Shown: positions 9,602 through 19,560, counted from the stretch's first letter. The stretch: 64,000 nt of DNA from Candidatus Bathyarchaeota archaeon (GCA_963733095.1 CAVTBV010000014.1:100599-164598); one strand, 5' to 3'. A program made the numbers and translations. Notes: a model not told the origin generated them from the letters alone.

Positions 9602-12280
9602 GTTACGCGAATATATCAAAACAGTGTTCAGTTGATCGGGCTTGGTTCAGCAGGCACCAACATCGTTGAAACTTTCCTAACGAACAAGAAGACCAAAGAG
9701 CTGTTGGAGAACGACCTAACGCGTCTTTCTCTTTTAGCAATCGACATAGCTGACCCAGAAATTAGAAGCCTCCAAGAAACCTGTGAACAAATAACGCGGC
9801 AAATGATTAAAGCTGGTATCCCCCGCGAGCGAATGCGTCTGATTGCTCAATCCGTAAAGTTCCCGACTGCCGAAGCAATGTTTGATTTTATCAACCAAAA
9901 ATACGGCGAATACCTCGTAGGTGAGGGTTCGAAACTTGAAAACTTTGTTCCTTGGCTGCAAACCACTATGGCTATTCCACCAATGGCTGGTGGCGCAGGC
10001 AGAAGACGGGCATTGGCAAAAGCAATCTACGCATTAAATTACTATCAACTCGGCATCATCCGCAACTGCATAAACGCATTCAAAGAACAAGCACTTTCAT
10101 CGATAGTAACCCCGACCGTAGTTTTGGTCTATGGCCTTGGCGGTGGCACTGGAAGCGGGGTCTTCTTTGACTTTGCCCGACACCTTCGAAAAGTCTTGGG
10201 CTCCGGTGTGCCAATAATCGCTTTTGTCATTACGCCCTGTGGCGGAGATGACCCTCCAGCAAAAGGATGCTCAGCTTTCGTAGCCATGAACGAGCTTTCA
10301 TTGTTACTCAACAAAGACTACAACGAATACGTCACTAAAACATTCGGCGAAGTTTACCGAAACCCTCTCAACGCATTAATCTATCTGCCTCTGTTGCCGG
10401 CATTCTCGAAGGTTGGCAACATCGTTAGCGCCAGACAAGAAATGGATCTGATGGTCGTTGACTTGCTCTATGTTTTGATGGATTTCGACTTGGCGGACCT
10501 TTTAGGTGGCATAGGTACCGAAGTGGGACTTGGCAACAATTCTTCACATACCTTAGGCATGACAAAAGTGACGTATCCAGTTGAAGACTATATCATGGCT
10601 TACAAGTTGAACTTTGAAGGAATGCAACTGCTGCAGGAATCAAGGAAAGAAAAACTTGACATCCTCGACGAAATTAACAACGTCATCAAAGTAGACAGCG
10701 AAATCACCCGCGAACTCTTCAAGAACTACCTTATAAAAACAGGCACCTACAATGAAGAACAATTCGAAGAAAAACTAAAAACCACCATAAACAGCAACCC
10801 CCGACTTGAAGACGACACAATCCTGCACGTTAAAGGTACAGAAATCCAAGTCAAAAACTGGCTAGACGACATAATGAAGTTTCTAACCACCATAAAACTC
10901 ATGGGCAAAACAGGACCCATCGAGCAGTCAATCATAAGCTTGACCCTGCACAAAGACGGCAACAGAAAACTGGACAACCTCGAAGTCCTACTGACCACCC
11001 TGACAAAAACTCACTTAGAATTCTCTGAGCGAAAAGCGGCAATCGTTGAACGGTTAAACCAGCTTATTCCAAGCTCACAAGTCTTCACCCTCAGACAAAA
11101 GAAAGTTCTAGAAGATTTAGTCAACATAGCTGAACTTGCTGAAAAATCGCTCACTATACTCAAATTCTACGACGAAACCCGATACTTGACAGATGCCCTA
11201 ATGCGGTACTACGAGGTTCTGCCCGAATGCAAAGCTGAACTTGAAGACTTAAAAGCCATCCAAACTGAACTTGGAACCATATACCTCATAATCCAACTCA
11301 TGCTAAGAACCCCCGCTGACGAAGCCAAAATGATTGATGAGCACTTAACTTACATAAACGAAATCTTAACCCAGCGTATGCAGAAAAGAGGCAACTTCGA
11401 CAATGAAGTCATGAGAGTTCAAGAAATCAAGAAACGCAAAGAATTCGACAAAACCAAGATGGAGCGGCAAGTCAGAAAGTTCCTCAGCAGCAAACGGTAC
11501 GCCAGAGAACAATTGCTGAATATAGACCGGGACCTCAAACGGGTAGAGCAAGAAGAGGCTTTTGCGATAGAGAACCTCGATAAAGTTGACAGCACAATCA
11601 AACTCTACGAAAAACTGGCAAAACGCTTCGAACTCGTGTCTGCATACCGCAAGCGACTAAACAAAATCGTTGATTTACACCATGAATACAACGCCAAGAT
11701 TGCTGAAATCGGCTCACAAAAACCATACTTTGAGAAATCTGCAGACTTAACTCAACGCGAGCAATTAAAAATCATATTCAAAATCCTCACCGAACAAGAA
11801 GACACCCTTACCCGCGAAGTAATCTTCAAACAAATCCTCGACATGGACCACTTCAAAGACTACATGAAAAGTGTCATCCGCGCCTTCAAGACCCCGAGCC
11901 TAATGGGCTTCAAACCCACCTACAAGACCGACTACATATGGGTAACCATCTCTACCCCGCCAAACATGTGGTCGGAGGACCTCTCCCAAGAAATCTACAC
12001 AGCACTAGCAGGATACGTAACCAGTGAAGTCTCAAGAACAATCACAGTACGTGTCATAGAATCAAGAGATGCATGGACAACACGAGTCATGGTGGTCGGT
12101 GGACGAGGCAAACCCGAAGACATGGAATCCTTCGACGAAATGCAACTACTCTACAGCAAATCAAGCGACTTCGAAAGACACCTCTCACGCTCATTCCTAC
12201 TGGAACACGGCGTACATGCAGGAAACATAATCAAAGCATTAAATGGCATCGGCAACAATAAAGGCGAGACTAAGAAGTAA
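9602..12280 (+). CDS. FtsZ/tubulin-superfamily GTPase (Tubulin_2/FtsZl1-like) with ~400-aa helical/coiled-coil insertion
   Basis: IGLGSAGTN (T1), GGAGRRR (T3), GLGGGTGSG (signature T4), DFDLADL (T7-like), then long charged heptad-like helices. Frame is open from 9602; first canonical start is TTG 9632. Confidence 0.88.
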   Translation, partial: VTRIYQNSVQLIGLGSAGTNIVETFLTNKKTKELLENDLTRLSLLAIDIADPEIRSLQETCEQITRQMIKAGIPRERMRLIAQSVKFPTAEAMFDFINQKYGEYLVGEGSKLENFVPWLQTTMAIPPMAGGAGRRRALAKAIYALNYYQLGIIRNCINAFKEQALSSIVTPTVVLVYGLGGGTGSGVFFDFARHLRKVLGSGVPIIAFVITPCGGDDPPAKGCSAFVAMNELSLLLNKDYNEYVTKTFGEVYRNPLNALIYLPLLPAFSKVGNIVSARQEMDLMVVDLLYVLMDFDLADLLGGIGTEVGLGNNSSHTLGMTKVTYPVEDYIMAYKLNFEGMQLLQESRKEKLDILDEINNVIKVDSEITRELFKNYLIKTGTYNEEQFEEKLKTTINSNPRLEDDTILHVKGTEIQVKNWLDDIMKFLTTIKLMGKTGPIEQSIISLTLHKDGNRKLDNLEVLLTTLTKTHLEFSERKAAIVERLNQLIPSSQVFTLRQKKVLEDLVNIAELAEKSLTILKFYDETRYLTDALMRYYEVLPECKAELEDLKAIQTELGTIYLIIQLMLRTPADEAKMIDEHLTYINEILTQRMQKRGNFDNEVMRVQEIKKRKEFDKTKMERQVRKFLSSKRYAREQLLNIDRDLKRVEQEEAFAIENLDKVDSTIKLYEKLAKRFELVSAYRKRLNKIVDLHHEYNAKIAEIGSQKPYFEKSADLTQREQLKIIFKILTEQEDTLTREVIFKQILDMDHFKDYMKSVIRAFKTPSLMGFKPTYKTDYIWVTISTPPNMWSEDLSQEIYTALAGYVTSEVSRTITVRVIESRDAWTTRVMVVGGRGKPEDMESFDEMQLLYSKSSDFERHLSRSFLLEHGVHAGNIIKALNGIGNNKGETKK

Positions 12281-12287
12281 AACTGAC

Positions 12288-13760
12288 TTAGGCGGAAGTT
12301 TGTTGCTTCTGCTCTTCAACCTTTTCATTTTTCGGTTTCTTTTTTGTAACCACTTTTTTGGTTTTACGAGTCCTTTTAGGTTTGACGGTTTTTGGTTCTT
12401 CAACAATTGGTGAAGGTTCAATGGGTACTTGAGGTTCTTCTACCGCATTTGATGTTTCTACAGGACCTTCTGCTTCTGCGGATTTCACATCATCCAGAGC
12501 AACCTCGGTAATGACTTTTTTTTCTGTTTCCTGTGTAACTAATGCTTCGGTTACAGTCTCTGGCTCTTCAACGTTTAACGATTCTGTTTTGGTGATGGTT
12601 GCTGACTCTACGGTTTTGAGTTCTGGCTCTGAAGGTTCCTCAATTTTTAGTTCAACTCGCCCATCCGCCGCCATCAACCCCTTCTCGACGGCTTGATTCT
12701 TCAGTGACTGAACCTTCATCTCCAAATCAGCCATCATCTTGCCCAAGTCAAAGCCACCGACAAACAGAACTGCATCTATCCTATCGCTCATATCCTGAGT
12801 ATAGATGGGTTCACTTATGATGATTGACTGCAAACTCGTTTTCTCTTTAAACCACTTGGTTATGGCTAACTCAATTTTATCTCTCGGAAGCTTATCCTTC
12901 AAGCTCAAAGGCATACGTAAAACAACATACAGCAGCGTTGCACTCGATAAGTCAAACGTCAAGAGCGGTTTGAGCAGTGCAGTGTTTAACATGTTTTCTA
13001 AGGAGCCATAAATCCTGTAACTTGCGCCGGTAACAACTATGGGAGTGAAAAATTTTGTGTTGAAAGTTCTGGATAATTCGGAGATTTCTTCAACTAATCC
13101 ATCTTTGGCTAAAAATAGGTTCAAGAGGTAATTTGCAACTGTGTTTCCTTTAAGTAATTCCCCTTTTCGGTCAACGCCCTCATAGCTTTCAATAAGGTCC
13201 CTGTCCATGAGTATGGCTGTTGCTCCTTCAATTGCCAAGCACATTTCTAAGGCGGCATAGGCGTTGAAGTGGGAATCTGTGGGCTGAATTTTCGAGGGCA
13301 AAACCGCTATGGCTAGGGAATCGATGTTTGCAGCCTTAAATTTCCCTATCAACGCTGGTAGCGTAGCGCTTCCAACTCCATCCCAGGCAGACGAAAAAAT
13401 TATGGCGCTTTGGAGTTTTTCTGTGTCTTTTCTCCTTAAACTTTCCAGGACTGATCTATTCCTTGAAATAGTTGGCAAAACATTATACCAGAAATGCGTG
13501 TCAATACGTTGGTCTTCGAAGCCTAAAACAAAATGTGGCGCGTAGCCTTTTGGAAGCCACTTGTAGATTTCATCGCTTGACTTTTCAATCAAAACGGGTA
13601 GGGCTTGCTCTCTAATGGTTGCATCGGGTGTTTTAAGGAGGGTTTTTATGGTGTATTCGCCGATGCAGACTAAAGCTTGTTTGGGTAGGAGTGGTTTTAG
13701 GGCTTTGATGTGTTTTTCTATGCTCTCCAGCACGTTAAAAGTGCTTTTGCCATCCATCAT
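12288..13760 (-). CDS. degenerate FtsZ/CetZ/tubulin-like protein with low-complexity acidic then Lys-rich tail
   Basis: LVCIGE (T1-like), SAWDGVGSA (T4-like), AIAVLP...FNAYAAL, ILMDRD, LL.FDLSSA..LYVV (CetZ/FtsZ C-domain-like). Confidence 0.7.
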   Translation of the reverse strand: MMDGKSTFNVLESIEKHIKALKPLLPKQALVCIGEYTIKTLLKTPDATIREQALPVLIEKSSDEIYKWLPKGYAPHFVLGFEDQRIDTHFWYNVLPTISRNRSVLESLRRKDTEKLQSAIIFSSAWDGVGSATLPALIGKFKAANIDSLAIAVLPSKIQPTDSHFNAYAALEMCLAIEGATAILMDRDLIESYEGVDRKGELLKGNTVANYLLNLFLAKDGLVEEISELSRTFNTKFFTPIVVTGASYRIYGSLENMLNTALLKPLLTFDLSSATLLYVVLRMPLSLKDKLPRDKIELAITKWFKEKTSLQSIIISEPIYTQDMSDRIDAVLFVGGFDLGKMMADLEMKVQSLKNQAVEKGLMAADGRVELKIEEPSEPELKTVESATITKTESLNVEEPETVTEALVTQETEKKVITEVALDDVKSAEAEGPVETSNAVEEPQVPIEPSPIVEEPKTVKPKRTRKTKKVVTKKKPKNEKVEEQKQQTSA

Positions 13761-13821
13761 CCGAGGTACCTACATAAACTTTAAGAAGAGTTTACCTAAA
13801 ATAAGGTTTTAGGTAGATTGA

Positions 13822-16224
13822 GTGAAGAAGCCCTCGCTTAAGATTTCTGGCGTAAACTCGTGGTACAAAACCAGAAGACAGAAAAACAAAGAAAAAGAAG
13901 AGTTGGAACGCAACCTTGAATCTTCATCACTCAAAATGTTCACTTTTCTGGTCACAGCTATTGCTATGGCTTTGGGCATGTCCTATCTACCAATTTTTCC
14001 TCAGCCTCTGCCAATTTTAATAGCGGTTTTGGTTGCTTTTGCCGTTTACCGAAGTCCACGTTTAGGTATGCCCGTTGGAGGTGCCGTCATAGGGTTTGGG
14101 TTACTGTATCACTTGGCTGAGCTGAAGTTCATATCCTTCCTTGGGGACCCACCCGTTCGTGTGACGTTTGTCGTTGTTTGGTTGGCGTTGTTTATAGCTT
14201 TACCCATAGTTTCTAACCGCTACAAAAGTGCTCTCGCAATCGATTTTGGCATATTGGCAGTCACATGTCTTTTCTTTGCACCACTCTACTTCTTAGCTAT
14301 CCCCCTGATTTTGGCTTCAGCTGTATACTTCAAAAAATACGTCAGTTTTTCCGTTATCTATTTCGTATTGCTTATGGTGCCCCTGCAAATCATGCAGTAC
14401 TACACCTATGTGGTTAAACCGATTATCCGATCAGACTGGTGGGTAGAAGCCGGCTCCAGTCCGCCTCTTCTTGTTCCTTTAACCTCAATTGCTAAAGACA
14501 TCAGCGGTTCTGTAGATCAGTTTCGGCTCTACGATTTGTCCAAAGTTGTCTACGACATTGCAGGGCAGACCACGTGGATTCCTGACTGGCCAGGACGCAC
14601 CATAGGCGATGCAGTAACTCAATACCGGGATTCTATTCCAGGATTGTTGATGTTTGTTGTGATCGTGGTTGGGTTGGCAGTGACGCTCATGTTCTTCACC
14701 AGAATGATGGTTAAAGAGGGCATAATAGGAGCTGGCGACAAGTTCTTCCAATGCTTCACAGCAACCATAGCCGCAGCAGTGTTCTTTGTGCTGTTGAATG
14801 CTCTCCAAGTGCCTTTAGCGTTTACAGCTGACGTTAGCCCTACAACGATGGTACTTGGGATTTTTGCAACCTTCCTCCTCACAATACCCGTCCTCTTTAT
14901 CAATACCGCGCCAAAGCAGACCACATCGTTTTCTGAAGTCACAAAGAAAGCTCAAGCACTAAAAGACAAATTACGCATCCTTGAGGCACAGTTAGAAAAT
15001 GTGAAAGAAAACATCCCAGTGATTGTAAGTTCGCCTGAAGGCAAAATGTTAGTCATCAAAGATTCCGTTGATGAAACACTCAAGAACATACTCATGCATG
15101 CTTATGACCAATCAGAGTTAGACATAAAGCTTCGAGAAATTGCCGACCTAAGCAAGGATACGGATGCCATAGAAACAGAACTTAACACCATATTGGCAGA
15201 ATACCAAATCTTCTCCAACTGTCAATTCTCGGATTGGATGGGAAAACTCAAAGCCACTGGATTAGACATCAAAACAACCTTGAATGCTCCTTACCAAAAA
15301 GAGCTGTCGTTGGAACAGAGAATCCAAGCTATCAAAGACATTTTAGAGCAAGGTCGTGCCTTAACTCGGGAAGTTATTGGAGTTACTGAACCTATCTATG
15401 GAATCATAAAGCCGCTTTATGATCCTTCTCTTCCAGAGAAAAGCCGCTCAGTAGAATTTGCCCAAGAAAAACTTGCGACGAAAGAAGCACCCTGGATAGC
15501 TATTGAGGCATTGTATAACTCGCTTAATAACTGGAAGCGCCAGTACGGCTCAGACATTAAGGCGTCCATGAAGTATCTTCGAACCTCCTTGACACCGATT
15601 GCAAGGCTAAGCTGCAGTGAAGATTTAGCGTCAGTCTTTGGTGAGAACACTCAAAAAGTGGTCGGCTACGCCCGGACAGCAGAAGCAATGAAAGCTAACG
15701 CCGAAGTCAGGGCGGAGAAAGAAGAGTTGGACATTTTAGACGTTGTAGCTTTGAAGGATGACGTTCAAGACTATCTTAGAATATCCAACGACGTCTTAAC
15801 CATGCTCTACAGTGGAATAGTCAGCGATGAAGAAGCAATTGACCGTTTATTGCCAACCAAAGATTACCTTTGGGAGAAAAACTCAAACCTGCGCGACCGC
15901 CTAAAGAAAGTCACTGAAACCCTCGCTAACCCATCAACCTACAAGATAAACCAGATAATGGAAAATCTGCCTACTTACCTCTCATATCTGGAAGAGGCCG
16001 TACAAACTTTGGCGGTTTATAGTGAACGCAAAGAGTTCCTGCTCAATTACCCCTTGGCAGAAGCAGCAATCGAAGAACGCCTCAAAGAAAAGCAAAGGCT
16101 TTTGCCCCAGGATTTGCCGTTCCCGCCAAGGTTCGCCGCGGAGTATTTGAGACTCTACTATACCGCAAGGTTTGGCGAGTACGCTTTTGACACGGACAAC
16201 CTGGCGCTGACTAAAAGAGGTTAG
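13822..16224 (+). CDS. polytopic membrane protein with large C-terminal helical domain
   Basis: About 9-10 hydrophobic segments in aa 40-360, then ~440 aa charged helical region. Divergent from the degenerate tubulin gene across 61 bp. Confidence 0.8.
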   Translation: MKKPSLKISGVNSWYKTRRQKNKEKEELERNLESSSLKMFTFLVTAIAMALGMSYLPIFPQPLPILIAVLVAFAVYRSPRLGMPVGGAVIGFGLLYHLAELKFISFLGDPPVRVTFVVVWLALFIALPIVSNRYKSALAIDFGILAVTCLFFAPLYFLAIPLILASAVYFKKYVSFSVIYFVLLMVPLQIMQYYTYVVKPIIRSDWWVEAGSSPPLLVPLTSIAKDISGSVDQFRLYDLSKVVYDIAGQTTWIPDWPGRTIGDAVTQYRDSIPGLLMFVVIVVGLAVTLMFFTRMMVKEGIIGAGDKFFQCFTATIAAAVFFVLLNALQVPLAFTADVSPTTMVLGIFATFLLTIPVLFINTAPKQTTSFSEVTKKAQALKDKLRILEAQLENVKENIPVIVSSPEGKMLVIKDSVDETLKNILMHAYDQSELDIKLREIADLSKDTDAIETELNTILAEYQIFSNCQFSDWMGKLKATGLDIKTTLNAPYQKELSLEQRIQAIKDILEQGRALTREVIGVTEPIYGIIKPLYDPSLPEKSRSVEFAQEKLATKEAPWIAIEALYNSLNNWKRQYGSDIKASMKYLRTSLTPIARLSCSEDLASVFGENTQKVVGYARTAEAMKANAEVRAEKEELDILDVVALKDDVQDYLRISNDVLTMLYSGIVSDEEAIDRLLPTKDYLWEKNSNLRDRLKKVTETLANPSTYKINQIMENLPTYLSYLEEAVQTLAVYSERKEFLLNYPLAEAAIEERLKEKQRLLPQDLPFPPRFAAEYLRLYYTARFGEYAFDTDNLALTKRG

Positions 16225-16409
16225 CCATCTTTTTAACATGCTAATCGCGACGAGAATCACCAATACGACCTACCCCTAAGGTTTCAACATAGAGCCTTAC
16301 TTAGGATCCAAACAGGTGGGCGGAAACGTTTGTGGGTGTGCCATGTTAGTAACCACTTTTTATATTCCTAGTTACTCATTATTTTAGCAAAGAGTTTTGA
16401 GGAATTCAA

Positions 16410-17084
16410 ATGGCTTTTTTTACTGATCGCATCGACGCTGGAAAACGTTTGGCTTTGGCGTTGAAGGATTTTTCAAGCAAGAACGGGATAGTTTTGGGGA
16501 TTCCGCGAGGCGGCGTCGTGGTAGGTTATATGATTGCTAAAGCACTTAACCTGTCTTTGGACGTGATTATTCCCAGAAAGATTGGTGCACCCGACAACCC
16601 GGAACTGGCAATCGGCGCCGTTGCTGAAGACGGAACCGCAATCCTCGACAACAACCTAATCAAGTACCTCGGAGTCAACCGAGAGTACCTCAAAGAAGAA
16701 ACTGAACTCCAAAAACAGGAAATCGGTCGCAGGCTAAAACTATACAGGCAAGACACATCTTACCCAAACCTGAAAGGACTCGACGTCATCGTTGTCGACG
16801 ATGGCATAGCTACGGGCTCAACCATGAAAGCGGCTTTGGCATCAGTCAAAAACAGGGGCGCCGCAAGCATAACCGTCGCGGTTCCTGTGGGTCCACCCTC
16901 AACAATTGAAGAACTCAAAAATATGAGTGACCGCGTCGTTTGCCTCTACAAACCCGAGTTTTTCCAAGCTATAGGTGAATTCTACGGAGATTTCAGCCAA
17001 ACATCGGATGAAGAAGTAATAAGACTGCTCGAAGAAAGCAAAAAGAACCAAAGTGGAAAATCAAAAGGAATGGATGTTTTATGA
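16410..17084 (+). CDS. phosphoribosyltransferase-family protein (COG1926-like)
   Basis: F.DR.DAG..LA, GIPRGGV, RKIGAP.NPELAIGA, VVDDGIATGST. Confidence 0.9.
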   Translation: MAFFTDRIDAGKRLALALKDFSSKNGIVLGIPRGGVVVGYMIAKALNLSLDVIIPRKIGAPDNPELAIGAVAEDGTAILDNNLIKYLGVNREYLKEETELQKQEIGRRLKLYRQDTSYPNLKGLDVIVVDDGIATGSTMKAALASVKNRGAASITVAVPVGPPSTIEELKNMSDRVVCLYKPEFFQAIGEFYGDFSQTSDEEVIRLLEESKKNQSGKSKGMDVL

Positions 17085-17731
17085 TTCACAACCAAACAGA
17101 TATGAAAATTCCAGTCGGAAGCGTAGAAGTTGAAGGAACTTTAACCTTGCCGCCTGGCGCTAAAGGAGTTGTTTTGTTTGCTCATGGCAGCGGTAGCAGC
17201 AGGTTTAGCCCAAGAAACCAATATGTTGCCAAAGAATTCAACAACGCCAAAATCGGAACGCTGTTATTTGACCTCCTCACACAAGAAGAGGAAGAAACGG
17301 ACATAGTAACTGCAGAATACCGCTTTAACATCCCCTTACTTGCAGAACGCCTTATGGGAGCTACAGTATGGCTGAGGAATGACCTCTTGACAAGAAGGTT
17401 AGCTTTCGGGTATTTTGGGGCGAGTACGGGTGCGGCTGCGGCTTTGATTGCTGCTGCAAAACTTCCGGATGACGTTGTGGTGGTAGTTTCGCGTGGAGGT
17501 CGACCTGACCTTGCAGGCGATTATCTGCCCAGAGTAGTATCGCCGACTCTGCTGTTAGTGGGTGGCTTAGATACTGAAGTGATTGCGTTAAACCGCCTTG
17601 CAATGGACCAAATGACAAATGAAAAGAAACTTGTCATAATTCCGGGTGCAACACATCTGTTTGAGGAACCCGGTACTCTTGAAGAAGTAGCAAAGTCTTC
17701 GACTGATTGGTTCCTACGCTATCTGCACTAA
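17081..17731 (+). CDS. dienelactone hydrolase-like alpha/beta hydrolase
   Basis: FAHGSGSSR.SPRN, GYFGASTGAAAAL, VSRGGRPDLA, GATHLFEE; overlaps the PRT gene. Confidence 0.9.
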   Translation: MIHNQTDMKIPVGSVEVEGTLTLPPGAKGVVLFAHGSGSSRFSPRNQYVAKEFNNAKIGTLLFDLLTQEEEETDIVTAEYRFNIPLLAERLMGATVWLRNDLLTRRLAFGYFGASTGAAAALIAAAKLPDDVVVVVSRGGRPDLAGDYLPRVVSPTLLLVGGLDTEVIALNRLAMDQMTNEKKLVIIPGATHLFEEPGTLEEVAKSSTDWFLRYLH

Positions 17732-17744
17732 CGAAGCTGGCCGT

Positions 17745-18176
17745 TTATTCACCTTTGGGCGCGGTTATCATCTTGAACAGTGCGTAGTTCTCTGCGATGT
17801 CGGAGGTGTAGATGATGCTGAAGGCTAAAACCGCTTCTAGGGGTACGTTCATGTAGACTCTTTCTTTTGAGACTCTTAACGCCTGAGATTCTGAGGTTAA
17901 AATCACGTTCAAGGTATCTCCAACTTCCAGTTCGTCCCCAATTCTGTGTCCATCTTCAGATTCCTTGTCAAGGGCTATGACTGTTTTCCAAGCGTCTGGC
18001 CCCCCGAAATCAACGATGATGTAGGGGTGTCCTATCTGAATTATGGACGAGATAGAGATTGAGGGCATACATTTCTCGCATTTTCCCACTAGCTGATTCA
18101 TTTCTGTTTGGCTTAATGGTATGACGAGAACTTTATGCTTAATGCTGGATTGGTCTGTAACAGTGAAAAACTGCAT
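17745..18176 (-). CDS. hypothetical protein
   Basis: 143-aa ATG ORF with AAGG and a TTTAAA box upstream; no family recognised. Confidence 0.6.
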   Translation of the reverse strand: MQFFTVTDQSSIKHKVLVIPLSQTEMNQLVGKCEKCMPSISISSIIQIGHPYIIVDFGGPDAWKTVIALDKESEDGHRIGDELEVGDTLNVILTSESQALRVSKERVYMNVPLEAVLAFSIIYTSDIAENYALFKMITAPKGE

Positions 18177-18431
18177 AAAATCACAAGGTAGTTATGTTTT
18201 TGGAAGCCTTTAAACTTTTTCTGTCCAATTGAAGTTGCGCTATCACGGTTCCCTTAGAAACTTTCTGGTGCTTCACGGTAAGGCATCTCCAAATCGCGCA
18301 GACAACAGACGGTTTGGATCTGTTTAAGCTTTTGCTAGTTTGTCTGAACAGAAAAAAAGAGTTACAGATAAGAAATTTTTATATTTTTAGAAAACAATTC
18401 ATTATATAACAGCATTTTAGAAGGTGATTTT

Positions 18432-18626
18432 TTGGCAAGAAAGAAAGGTGACCAGTATAAGTGTGATGAATGCGGCTTGGTTGTTTTGATTGAAACTCCA
18501 TGCGACTGCGAAGATACCGGGGAACTGATTTGTTGCGAGCAACCAATGAAACCGGTCAAAGCAGCATCAAAGAAGGCTGCCTCTAAAGCTCCAGCTAAGG
18601 CTTCTGCAAAATCAAAGAAGAAATAA
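18432..18626 (+). CDS. desulforedoxin-like metal-binding small protein with Lys/Ala-rich tail
   Basis: YKCDECG...LICCEQPM; AGGTGA ribosome-binding site before TTG. Confidence 0.8.
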   Translation: MARKKGDQYKCDECGLVVLIETPCDCEDTGELICCEQPMKPVKAASKKAASKAPAKASAKSKKK

Positions 18627-18704
18627 TCACGTTCAAACGCTTTTTCACACACACTCTTTTTCTTTCGTAGTGTAAATTATAATTATTTTGAAAAATTTCT
18701 TATC

Positions 18705-19454
18705 TTATTCCTTAAGGATTTTCACCAATTTCTCAACTTGCCCAATAATATACTCGTTTATCTCCTGCCCTTTCTCGACGGTCGCCACCGTTGGGTCGCC
18801 TTGTACTCCGCTTGGAAAATAGAGTTCAGGATGCGCAACAACCTCAAAACGGGGCATCTCTGAGAAACTCGCGGCGCCTTTTGCTTTAACCAGCTCAGGC
18901 TTGATAGCCATCACTCGAGCGGTTTCAATTGTCCCTGCATGCCCATCTTTTTCTGAAGCATACTTGGACGTTAATTCTTGTGCAAAATCATAGTCTGAGA
19001 GCACCATAATCCGCGTCTTCTTCTCTGCTTTTTGGGCGTCGTTTTTTATTACGATGTCTTGGGCTGCCATCCTCAAAGCAATCATATGTGAATTTCCTGC
19101 ATGGCCGCTAAGAACGATGATTCTGTGAAAGCCGTTTCGTAATAGCTCTGAAAGAATTTCATTCACCATTCGGTAAAATGTGTCGAATCCAATTGTAATC
19201 GTTCCCGCAAAGTTGCGTGTAGCATTACAAATGCCATAGCGCAGCGGGGGAGCAACGAGGCATCCTGTTTTTTTGGCGACTTCCAAAGCAACGTACTCGG
19301 GTTGGATACTGTCAGTGCATAGGGGCAAGTGCTCGCCGTGCTCTTCGACGCTTCCTACAGGAAAAATCACGACTGTGCCGTCTTCCGAGGCTTGGGCTGC
19401 TTCTTTGGTGCTTAATTCATCAAGCCAGAAGTGTTGCGTTTTGGAGATTGACAT
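18705..19454 (-). CDS. creatininase/creatinine amidohydrolase family protein
   Basis: PVGSVEEHG.HLPL.TD, SGHAGN, GHAG..ET, SGV.GDP. Confidence 0.9.
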   Translation of the reverse strand: MSISKTQHFWLDELSTKEAAQASEDGTVVIFPVGSVEEHGEHLPLCTDSIQPEYVALEVAKKTGCLVAPPLRYGICNATRNFAGTITIGFDTFYRMVNEILSELLRNGFHRIIVLSGHAGNSHMIALRMAAQDIVIKNDAQKAEKKTRIMVLSDYDFAQELTSKYASEKDGHAGTIETARVMAIKPELVKAKGAASFSEMPRFEVVAHPELYFPSGVQGDPTVATVEKGQEINEYIIGQVEKLVKILKE

Positions 19455-19560
19455 AGCTGTAAGTTGGCGGATGTTCTTCTTTTATTTTTTGGAAAATAAC
19501 CAGCGAAGAACCCTTAAAGAAAGGAATAACAAAACAATACTCTGACTTTTAGAATTAAAT

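Noticed and set aside
18362-18652. Minus-strand 96-aa ORF and the many other short antisense ORFs in the track
   Set aside because: Shadow frames of better-supported genes, with no motifs or start signals.
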